NCBI GenBank assembly: GCA_030038235.1
Contig: JASHPE010000213.1
Location: 1,233 to 65,232 of the forward strand
Length of the DNA: 64,000 nucleotides
Direction: 5' to 3'
DNA from: Terriglobia bacterium
Lineage (GTDB): Bacteria; Acidobacteriota; Terriglobia; UBA7540
Below the pieces are notes generated by a model. That model searched no databases, was not told where the DNA came from, and saw nothing but the letters and a program-made list of their open reading frames with translations. This document shows, in pieces, positions 57,641-64,000 of the stretch (its first letter is position 1; every line of letters starts with the position of its first letter). Made by a program: the position numbers and the translations under genes.

Positions 57641-57958
57641 GGCCTCGCCTCTGCGGTCTTGGAGTTCGTAGTTCGTGGATCGTTGATCGTGGCAGCAGCC
57701 GGCCGGCCGGAGCTACGAGCTACGATCGACGATCTACGCACGTTTTCCGGGGCGGCGTATCGATATCCCGCAAATCCGGCCGCCTTCTTCGGCTTCTCCG
57801 CCGCTACCCCTCCGAAGAATCGCTTCGCGCCCGCTTTTTGCCGGTTAGCCGTTTTCGGTGACCGGCAACCGTGAACGAGCGACCGCCAACGGCCCCCTGA
57901 CCCCTTATCCCTGACCCCTTGATCGCCTGATGACCCGATCATCCGATCACCCGATTTC

Positions 57959-58342
57959 TCACGCCACTACCAATCGAAACTTCAGCTTGAATGTGTACTG
58001 TCCAGGTGACTTATAGGCTGCAATCCAGTCCGTGTCCTCCAGCCAGTAGTTCGTGAAGCTGGGCTGGGAGGCGTCAGGGTAGTAACTGAACTGGTTGCCT
58101 GCCAGAGCGAACTGCATAAAAGCGTCCCAATCCTCGACATCGGCCCCGATGCCGACCCACTCCATTTCCAGCGTCAGAAACTGGTCGATGCGCTCCAGCA
58201 CCGACTCACGCACCCCGGAACTGGCGATATTGTCGTGCCGGACGGCAGCCAGGTTGTACGCGGGAATCTTCGTGGCCGGCCGCTGGAATTGCAGCGTCAC
58301 GTTGCCGGTGCCGGGATTGTAAACAATCTGAGGGAAAGCCAT
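57959..58342 (-). CDS. tail-module protein (127 aa), possible distal-tail component
   Basis: Directly follows the tape-measure-like gene. Compact beta-rich protein. The assignment is positional. Confidence 0.5.
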   Translation of the reverse strand: MAFPQIVYNPGTGNVTLQFQRPATKIPAYNLAAVRHDNIASSGVRESVLERIDQFLTLEMEWVGIGADVEDWDAFMQFALAGNQFSYYPDASQPSFTNYWLEDTDWIAAYKSPGQYTFKLKFRLVVA

Positions 58343-58413
58343 CAGCTTCAGCTTTCAGCCATCAGCTCTCAGCCATCAGCTTTCTTTTGATGACGGCTGA
58401 TGACGGCTAAGAG
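58343..58413. repeat. simple-sequence hairpin (CAGCCATCAGC-type units)
   Basis: CAGCTTCAGCTTTCAGCCATCAGCTCTCAGCCATCAGC, TTTCTTTT, then GATGACGGCTGATGACGGCTAAGAGC. Confidence 0.65.
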
Positions 58414-59166
58414 CTATCCTCCCGCATACGGCGCCTTCTGCACCTGCGTGGCTTTCAGCGTGGTCCCGTTACTGACCGCAGTGTTCAGGGTGTCCGCCAT
58501 CCACTGACCCGCTTCCTGATCGCCCATGATCTGCACGGTCAGATTCCCGCTCGGCATCGGCCGTGCCCCGGGGGCCATACCGCCCTGCGGCGCGGCGCTG
58601 CCTCCGCCTCCGCCGTAGCGGGCCCCATAAGCACCTCCGCCGTACCGGCCACCGCCTGAGGCTCCGCCTGCGGACACGCTCGCACCAATCCCGGCCGCCA
58701 CGCCGCCGATGCTTCCCCAGATCGCCGCAGATTCGAAAGCGCTGGCCGCGCCGGCAGCGTCACCGACCGCGAGCAGGTAGAATCCCATTGCGCTCGCACG
58801 CAGCGCCTGCACGATGGCTTCGGCCGCAACCGACGCCGCGGTGGATTTCAAAGTGCGATCCAACGCCTGGCTCATCGACTGCGAATACACCAGCGCCGTG
58901 CTGATGTTTCGTCCCAAGCCTTCGGCCAACCGGTCAAATGTCAGACCTGCGGCTTCGCCGAGCGTTATGAGAGCGGTGTCTACCGCCGAAGTCTGGGTCA
59001 GAAAATCGCTGCTCCAGGCCGCCTGGCCCATCTGCACCTGCCGGAACTCCGACCGGACGGCTTCCATCTGTTCGGTCGTCTTGCTGCGGAAACTCTCCAG
59101 CGCCGCCTGCGCCTGCGAGGGATCGGCGTTGACGCGGAATAGCAAGCCTAGCGAACCCTGTGCCAT
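58414..59166 (-). CDS. short tape-measure-like protein (251 aa)
   Basis: Lies after the chaperone pair. Helical N-terminal two-thirds and a Gly-rich C-terminus ('GGASGGGRYGGGAYGARYGGGGGS'). Start taken at ATG 59166, after the hairpin element. Confidence 0.5.
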   Translation of the reverse strand: MAQGSLGLLFRVNADPSQAQAALESFRSKTTEQMEAVRSEFRQVQMGQAAWSSDFLTQTSAVDTALITLGEAAGLTFDRLAEGLGRNISTALVYSQSMSQALDRTLKSTAASVAAEAIVQALRASAMGFYLLAVGDAAGAASAFESAAIWGSIGGVAAGIGASVSAGGASGGGRYGGGAYGARYGGGGGSAAPQGGMAPGARPMPSGNLTVQIMGDQEAGQWMADTLNTAVSNGTTLKATQVQKAPYAGG

Positions 59167-59167
59167 A

Positions 59168-59300
59168 AGTTCAGCTTCACAGTTCGGAGTTCGAAGTTCG
59201 AAGTTCAGAGGTTCGCGTTCGGAGTGTCCAATCTGTAGTGTGTCTGTCAGAAACCACGGACTCAGCAACTCCGAACTGAGAAACTCCGAACTGAATAACT
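59168..59300. repeat. simple-sequence hairpin (GTTCGGA/GTTCGAA-type units)
   Basis: Left arm AGTTCAGCTTCACAGTTCGGAGTTCGAAGTTCGAAGTTCAGAGGTTCGCGTTCGGAGT; right arm GGACTCAGCAACTCCGAACTGAGAAACTCCGAACTGAATAACT. Confidence 0.7.
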
Positions 59301-59463
59301 ACTTCCTGCGCATCTGTTCTTCCCGCCAGCGCCACAGCGCCACGGCAGCCGCGAAGTCAAGCTGCGCTGCCACCACTGGCGGTGTGACATCGAGGAGCTC
59401 ACTTGGCCGGCAGTGCCATGTTTCCGCGACCTGCGCCGCCCGGAGCAGATGCTCCGTCTCCAC
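59299..59463 (-). CDS. tail-assembly-chaperone 'T-like' segment (54 codons from GTG 59463), overlapping the end of the chaperone ORF
   Basis: The C-terminal part of track ORF 59299-59655 reads 'WHCRPSELLDVTPPVVAAQLDFAAAVALWRWREEQ'. It is in the +1 register relative to 59399-59899. It is either a frameshift extension or a separately initiated gene. Confidence 0.35.
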   Translation of the reverse strand: METEHLLRAAQVAETWHCRPSELLDVTPPVVAAQLDFAAAVALWRWREEQMRRK

Positions 59464-59899
59464 GAAAGCTGGCGAGGTCGCCGGATTCCGAAGCGACCTC
59501 GCCCACCGCCCATCGAACCACAAAGCTCGCGTCCTCGAGGTCGAGCAGATCGGGCGAAATCTCGCCCGGGCCCGGCTCGAGCGCGAGGCGCGGTTCAACG
59601 AATACTTCACCGAGCAGCGGCACCATCCATTCCGCCAGCGTGCGCAGGTCTTCAACAGTCTCGATCCGAGCCTGACGGCCTTCCAGCCGCACCGCGAGGC
59701 TGGCCGGCAGCAGCCCCCGGAACAGAAACCACATCGGACTCGGCCGGCGCAACAAAACTTTTAGGCCTGACTTGGGAAGCACCACGGACTCAGGCTGCCC
59801 GCGCAGGCGCGCCGCAAACAGAAAATCGTCCGACGACGCAACGCCATTCTCGGCCTTCTGGGCGTTGTCGAGTTCCGCAGCTGAATTCTTATTCATCAC
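59399..59899 (-). CDS. tail assembly chaperone-like protein (166 aa)
   Basis: Lies between the tail tube and the tape measure. Acidic C-terminus. The assignment is positional. Confidence 0.5.
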   Translation of the reverse strand: MMNKNSAAELDNAQKAENGVASSDDFLFAARLRGQPESVVLPKSGLKVLLRRPSPMWFLFRGLLPASLAVRLEGRQARIETVEDLRTLAEWMVPLLGEVFVEPRLALEPGPGEISPDLLDLEDASFVVRWAVGEVASESGDLASFRGDGASAPGGAGRGNMALPAK

Positions 59900-59958
59900 A
59901 GAACCTCAGGGGCGCTTTGATGGCGAAGCGCGTAACGAGGAGGAATAGAGTTCATCGT

Positions 59959-60570
59959 TCATATCTGACGATAGAACTGCGCCACCTGATCGCCCGGCGC
60001 GCGACTGAGCACTGCCAGGCCTTCGAATCGGACCTTGTAAGTCGCCTCTTTGGACCGCGTAAACCCAATCTGGAAAGGATCCTTCGCATAAGCGTTGTAA
60101 AGGCACGCCACCATGAATTTCCCCGGAGAGCTGAAACCACGGCGCGGCGAAATCAACGCCACTGCAGCCTGCGGAATCGTCACCAGGCCGCCCACAGTGA
60201 TCTCTTCATAATTCTGAGCGCCCGCGGGCAGTCCGGTGTCGGCGCCGGAACTGTAATTGGCCTGCGCGAGGCCGGCGGCGATCTTCGCCAGCGCGGACTC
60301 TTTCAGGGTTACCTCCAGGTAGGCGGACTCGGCCGTCATTATCGCGTCCACGGGTGCGGTCTGCTGATCGATGGCAACCTCCTCAATCTTGGCTTCCATG
60401 TGGAAGGTGGACGCACCATCCGAGGAGCCCATCGCGAGCGGCGACCCTGCCAGCGGATTGCCATTCGCGTCCACCAGCAACCGGGCCCCGGAGACGGGTA
60501 CCGCAACGTTGTACCAGAGCATGCCGGTGCCTTGATGAATGTCCGGAACCGTTACCGTGAAACTGGCCAT
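59959..60570 (-). CDS. major tail (tube) protein-like (203 aa)
   Basis: Size, position upstream of the chaperone and tape measure, and beta-rich sequence ('GTGMLWYNVAVPVSG', 'ATYKVRFEGLAV'). Confidence 0.55.
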   Translation of the reverse strand: MASFTVTVPDIHQGTGMLWYNVAVPVSGARLLVDANGNPLAGSPLAMGSSDGASTFHMEAKIEEVAIDQQTAPVDAIMTAESAYLEVTLKESALAKIAAGLAQANYSSGADTGLPAGAQNYEEITVGGLVTIPQAAVALISPRRGFSSPGKFMVACLYNAYAKDPFQIGFTRSKEATYKVRFEGLAVLSRAPGDQVAQFYRQI

Positions 60571-60579
60571 GGCGCCTCC

Positions 60580-61113
60580 TTATGTTTCCTCCAGCACAAA
60601 TTCGAGATTCACCGTGGCGCGCAGCACGGGCGTCTGGATTTCATCGAGCGTCACCGCGCTATAGCGGTGGGAGCCCACCAAGACCTCTTTCACGCTTCCG
60701 GGCGCGTTCGGCGACGTGATGCCCGAGGGCACCGTCTCCTGGGTGATCGGCAGCGGCGTCTCCCAGTCGCTCTCCGATGCCGTGGTGATCACCATGTCGA
60801 GGACGTGGGCGTAGTCCTGCGCGTTGTCCTGCGCCATCTCCTGATCGAACTGCCCGACGTCCAGTAGAAGCGCGATGCGCGCGCGCGATTGGCGCGTGCC
60901 CAGCACGTCTTCGCTGAACTCCAGGCCGTCCAGGCTCACCGTCAGCCACGGCAGCGCTGTGCGTAAGCCCGGTCCTTTGTGGAATTCGCCGATGGTCCCA
61001 AGCAACGGATTTACAATCGCGATCGCCGAAGCCTGATCGCGTTGGATCAGCGCGATGCATTGGTTCAGCAGCGGCTTGGCAAAGAGCGCGTTCCATGCGG
61101 GTGTGTAGCCCAT
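60580..61113 (-). CDS. neck / tail-terminator-like protein (177 aa)
   Basis: Ends 9 nt before the tail tube start. The assignment is positional. Start taken at ATG 61113. Confidence 0.45.
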   Translation of the reverse strand: MGYTPAWNALFAKPLLNQCIALIQRDQASAIAIVNPLLGTIGEFHKGPGLRTALPWLTVSLDGLEFSEDVLGTRQSRARIALLLDVGQFDQEMAQDNAQDYAHVLDMVITTASESDWETPLPITQETVPSGITSPNAPGSVKEVLVGSHRYSAVTLDEIQTPVLRATVNLEFVLEET

Positions 61114-61117
61114 AGTG

Positions 61118-61462
61118 CTAGTCCCGAGGCAACGGACTGTCCCCGTCCGTGGTTTCGAATCCGAGCGCGGTGGCAAGGCTGGCGATCCACGATCGCACGC
61201 GATTGAGAGTCGATTCGGCTCCGTGACCGCCGGCCGCGCGTTTCCGCCCGGGCCGGACTGAGTCGCGGCGAGGCTGTGTCCTAGTCAAAGCGGCGCGCCG
61301 CCTTGCGTAATGATCCCGCCGTCGTCTCACGAGTTTGTGTCGACGCCGACGTGACTCGCGACTTTCCGGGCCATTCCCAGCCGTAGTGCCGAGTGCGACG
61401 ATGAGTGCGCTCAGGCCGGCGTCGAATGTCGCTACGTCGTCTTGGAATCTCAGTCCGAGCAT
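61118..61462 (-). CDS. possible neck protein (114 aa), Arg-rich, weakly supported
   Basis: It is the only open frame filling the gap between two supported genes (4 nt and 22 nt spacings). The Arg-rich middle and lower third-position GC make it uncertain. Confidence 0.3.
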   Translation of the reverse strand: MLGLRFQDDVATFDAGLSALIVALGTTAGNGPESRESRRRRHKLVRRRRDHYARRRAALTRTQPRRDSVRPGRKRAAGGHGAESTLNRVRSWIASLATALGFETTDGDSPLPRD

Positions 61463-61484
61463 TGCGTCACCGCTTCGCGCACCC

Positions 61485-62033
61485 TTATGTTCCACGCCTG
61501 TCGAATTTCCCAAAAACCTGGCTCGATCCCATCTCGGCCGGGGTCTGGCCGCGCGGCTGATCGCCGCCGGCTACGCCCTCGAAGCCGGGCCGCGGTGTTT
61601 CCGTGCGCGCCAGCGAGTCAAATAAGTGATCGTAAAGACCGCTCGGTGTGGGCCGGCCGCTCTTGTCGCGCGCGTTCAGTTCCCCGAGGAGGTCGCTGTA
61701 ATGCGCGTAGCAATCCTCCGCGAGTTCGCGAGCTGCCGCGACTCCAAAAGTAGCCAGAGTCTCACCGAGTTGCGCCGCTGCGCCATAGCGATTCACGCGC
61801 TCGAGCACGTTCTGGGCATCGGCTGAAAGCCCCGCTACCCAGGCCGTAAAGGATCCGTTGAACGGCGCGGCTTGCACGGCCTCGTTAAATCGGCGCTCGA
61901 GCACGGCATCGATGTCGCCGGCCACGTCATCGATGTACGTCTGGATGAGAGTGTCCGGCGGATTCTGCTGCGGCGTTCCACGCTTGAACGTCGGGAACAT
62001 GCCCGCGACTTCGTCGACAGTTGTGTAAGACAT
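61485..62033 (-). CDS. head-tail adaptor-like protein (182 aa)
   Basis: The N-terminus 'MSYTTVDEVAGMFPTF...' resembles the gp36/DUF1320-type connector start. It lies downstream of the capsid block. Confidence 0.45.
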   Translation of the reverse strand: MSYTTVDEVAGMFPTFKRGTPQQNPPDTLIQTYIDDVAGDIDAVLERRFNEAVQAAPFNGSFTAWVAGLSADAQNVLERVNRYGAAAQLGETLATFGVAAARELAEDCYAHYSDLLGELNARDKSGRPTPSGLYDHLFDSLARTETPRPGFEGVAGGDQPRGQTPAEMGSSQVFGKFDRRGT

Positions 62034-62087
62034 AAATCGCTCGTTATACTTCCCCGGACGCTCCTGTCACGGCGCGCCCCTGGCGCC

Positions 62088-62357
62088 TTAGTACTGCACG
62101 TACGCCGCGCCCGACGTGGCTCCGCCGGTGCCGACCGTAATGTAGAGATTCGTGTTGTCGGCCGGTTGAGTCTCTCCCCACAACCCGTTTGCTCCCGGAT
62201 CGTAAAGCACGCTGAGGGGCGCCGCAGGCAGACCGTGCGGCACCACATTGGCGCCGGCGGCGAGGCCCGCGATCGTCAGCTTGGCCTGCCGCAAGGGCAC
62301 GCCTTGCATGGTCTGCGTCAGATAGCAATAAGTTGGCGATACTGTTATGCCTGGCAT
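62088..62357 (-). CDS. small phage-module protein (89 aa) sharing a domain with the fibre-like protein
   Basis: 'GANVVPHGLPAAPLSVLYDPGANGLWGETQPADNTNLYITVGTGGATSGAAYVQY' aligns with the C-terminus of 51721-52356. Confidence 0.55.
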   Translation of the reverse strand: MPGITVSPTYCYLTQTMQGVPLRQAKLTIAGLAAGANVVPHGLPAAPLSVLYDPGANGLWGETQPADNTNLYITVGTGGATSGAAYVQY

Positions 62358-62389
62358 TTCTCACCTCCTATGACGCCGGCGGATTCGCG

Positions 62390-62626
62390 CTAGCGTTTGA
62401 TTTGCTTCGCCGACGAAGCCTCCGCGGACGAAGGAGCCGGTGGTGCGATTTGTCCCGCGGTGCAAGCCCTGGCCGCTGTGGCATCGAGCTCGATCGTGCC
62501 GGAGGCGTCCACGGGAATTTCGCCCCCGTAACCGGCGCTCTTTACCTTGACGGCCTTCGTCGTGCCTTGAGGAACGTGAAGGACCTGGTTATGCTCGATC
62601 GGTTTCAAGACTTTGTATTTCGCCAT
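62390..62626 (-). CDS. small phage-module protein (78 aa)
   Basis: First ORF after the capsid gene and its hairpin. No motif recognised. Confidence 0.5.
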   Translation of the reverse strand: MAKYKVLKPIEHNQVLHVPQGTTKAVKVKSAGYGGEIPVDASGTIELDATAARACTAGQIAPPAPSSAEASSAKQIKR

Positions 62627-62640
62627 TCTCGCTCCTATGA

Positions 62641-62675
62641 ATCAGGGGCTTCGCGAGGTCGTCCTGACCCCTGAT
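62641..62675 (-). terminator. stem-loop immediately after the capsid gene (attenuator-like)
   Basis: ATCAGGGG ... CCCCTGAT forms an 8-bp stem, 4 nt downstream of the capsid stop on the minus strand. Confidence 0.4.
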
Positions 62676-62678
62676 CCC

Positions 62679-63617
62679 TTACTGCGTCGCGTTCAGGAAC
62701 ACGTACCCCGCCTGCGGCGCCACGATCTGGATGTCGTCATAGCGGTGGACTTCGATCACGTCCGCCATGCGATTCTCCACGCGATAGCGCTTGGTCAGCG
62801 TGCCGCCGAGCTCGGGCGCGCCGAAGAGCCAGCGAAACGCGTAGCCTAGCGCCGGCTCGCGCAGGCGCGGCTCGTCGGGAACGTAAGCCAGCAGCGCGTT
62901 CAAGCCCCACACAAAATTGAGGCTGGGCGCCTGGCCCTCGGTCGCGGTGTCGTATTCCGCGCCCAGAACCCAGAAGTTGTCCACGTCGAAGGCGCTCTTC
63001 AGGTGATCCGCCTGCAGCACGCCCACCTGCGTGTACTTGAACCGGTCGATGATGCGCGGATGCTGCCGCAGCGTGGAATAGACCGGGTAGCTCACCGCCA
63101 GCGTATTCGGCGTCTGCGCGATGGCCTGCTTGATGACCGTCTTCTGCGCTTCCACCGCCGCGATCGGATCGGAGTTGACGTAGTCCGACCATTGCGAGGT
63201 GCCCGACAAAGTCACGTTCGGGACCGTGGACGTCGGACCCATCACCAGGTTCATCACCCGGATCTCGAAGTCGAGCAGGATGGCGTCCGTCAGGTTCTCC
63301 ACCGTGTTCACTTCGAGATCGGTGCCCTCGGAATTGGCCTGCTCCTCGTCGGAGATCGCGTCCTTCAGCGAGTGATCGTCGCAGAAGTACGGCGAATTCG
63401 ACAGCGACCAGGGCGCGATCTCGCGCGCTTCGGCGCGCGCGTGCCGGATGGTCTCGTATTGCCGGAACTTCTCCTTGCCGAACACCCAATAGCGTCCGGA
63501 CTGCTTTCTCACCGGCGTCACCGGAAACAGGCGCTCGCCGAAGTAGTCGTCGTTCTGATAACCGACGCTCACGTTGTTGAGCGGCTGGTCGAGATATTGA
63601 AGGGAAATATCTGCCAC
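62679..63617 (-). CDS. major capsid protein (HK97-fold, 'major capsid protein E'-like family)
   Basis: 312 aa. It is preceded by a decoration-like gene and followed by a hairpin. 'ERLFPVTPVRKQSGRYWVFGKEKF' and the overall pattern are as seen in E-like capsid proteins. Recognition-level call. Confidence 0.7.
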   Translation of the reverse strand: MADISLQYLDQPLNNVSVGYQNDDYFGERLFPVTPVRKQSGRYWVFGKEKFRQYETIRHARAEAREIAPWSLSNSPYFCDDHSLKDAISDEEQANSEGTDLEVNTVENLTDAILLDFEIRVMNLVMGPTSTVPNVTLSGTSQWSDYVNSDPIAAVEAQKTVIKQAIAQTPNTLAVSYPVYSTLRQHPRIIDRFKYTQVGVLQADHLKSAFDVDNFWVLGAEYDTATEGQAPSLNFVWGLNALLAYVPDEPRLREPALGYAFRWLFGAPELGGTLTKRYRVENRMADVIEVHRYDDIQIVAPQAGYVFLNATQ

Positions 63618-63627
63618 AAATCCTCCA

Positions 63628-63695
63628 GTTGACAGTCAACAGTTAACAGTCAACAGTGACGGTGGACCGTCAACTGTGAACTGTAGACTGTCGAC
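63628..63695. repeat. simple-sequence hairpin (CAGTCAA/CAGTTAA-type units)
   Basis: GTTGACAGTCAACAGTTAACAGTCAACAGTGACGG, TGGA, then CCGTCAACTGTGAACTGTAGACTGTCGAC. Confidence 0.7.
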
Positions 63696-63887
63696 TTCTC
63701 TGGGCCGGCCCCGCGGCGCTGCGCGGGAATTGAAGCCATCCGGCGACCGCCATCCTGCCCGCGGGCGAACCGCCTTCCACCAGTGCCTTCCGCCAGTCAG
63801 AGAAGGTTCGAACTGGTCGCATCCGGGAAGCCAGCCGTCAACTCACAATCGACGACTGACAACTGACGACTGCTCAAGCCAAAGTCG

Positions 63888-64000
63888 CTAGACTTTGGTT
63901 TGAGCGAAGTTCAATTCCACCTGCACCACGTCGTTCACGTTCGTGACGTTGTGCAGCGCCATACCCACCGGATACACGGTGGTGCCGGCCGCTTCGTTGA
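63888..64000 (-). CDS. C-terminal part of a DUF2190-like head decoration protein (5' end beyond window)
   Basis: The minus-strand frame is open to the window edge and ends '...NEAAGTTVYPVGMALHNVTNVNDVVQVELNFAQTKV*'. Its position directly upstream of the capsid gene fits decoration proteins. Confidence 0.45.
   Translation of the reverse strand, partial: NEAAGTTVYPVGMALHNVTNVNDVVQVELNFAQTKV

Larger units (their letters stand above)
51421..64000 (-). mobile_element. phage-derived head-neck-tail structural module (prophage remnant or GTA/tailocin-like element), runs off the right edge
   Basis: A colinear minus-strand series in canonical order: decoration-like, capsid, neck, tail tube, chaperone, tape measure, hub, fibre-like. 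The left end abuts ordinary host genes across an AT-rich gap (51192-51420). Confidence 0.65.

Noticed and set aside
57637-57942. 101-aa minus-strand ORF in the tail-module gap
   Set aside because: Gly/Arg/Ala-rich translation running through palindromic simple repeats. The hand-read 59-aa ORF at 57461-57640 fits better as the gene upstream of the hub.
59413-60867. 484-aa plus-strand ORF across the tail tube/chaperone region, and similar plus-strand ORFs in the phage-like module (52971-53819, 54033-54725, 58814-59764, 63003-63632)
   Set aside because: Arg-rich shadow frames opposite a coherent colinear minus-strand gene series.

Overview
High-GC bacterial chromosomal segment. The two TIGR03436-like VWA proteins and several hairpin-repeat (REP-like) families suggest Acidobacteriota, but this rests on my own pattern recognition and no search was run. 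Functions were assigned from motifs read in the translated ORFs, so family names are recognition-level calls. Left to right: (1) A 5'-truncated IS1595-type transposase, followed by a lower-GC four-gene islet of small overlapping ORFs on the minus strand (916-2193). (2) A secreted BNR/Asp-box sialidase-like protein. (3) A roughly 10.6 kb same-strand operon (4177-14826) encoding two cytoplasmic [NiFe]-hydrogenases. A complete hoxEFUYHW set (group 3d-like) sits between the diaphorase-type subunits and the small and large subunits of a second, group 3b-like enzyme, and each enzyme has its own maturation protease. (4) Housekeeping and envelope genes: XRE regulator, CDP-alcohol phosphatidyltransferase, cspA, convergent VWA paralogs, rmuC, a UvrD-type helicase fused to a PD-(D/E)XK nuclease, asnA, a DPP-IV-type S9 peptidase, an M50/CBS protease, an EamA transporter, an SDR, an M23 peptidase, pyrK-pyrD, a SurA-like PPIase, BCCP plus biotin carboxylase, an alpha/beta hydrolase, an acyltransferase and ornithine cyclodeaminase. 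(5) From about 51.4 kb to the right edge, a minus-strand phage-derived head-neck-tail module: decoration-like protein, major capsid, neck proteins, tail tube, chaperone, short tape measure, a 1451-aa hub/host-specificity protein and fibre-like proteins. It abuts ordinary chromosomal genes, and no integrase, lysis or replication genes are visible. The most notable non-genic signal is a set of intergenic hairpins whose arms are degenerate 5-8 nt tandem repeats. They separate most genes of the phage-like module and also occur at host loci. No rRNA, tRNA or CRISPR array was recognised.
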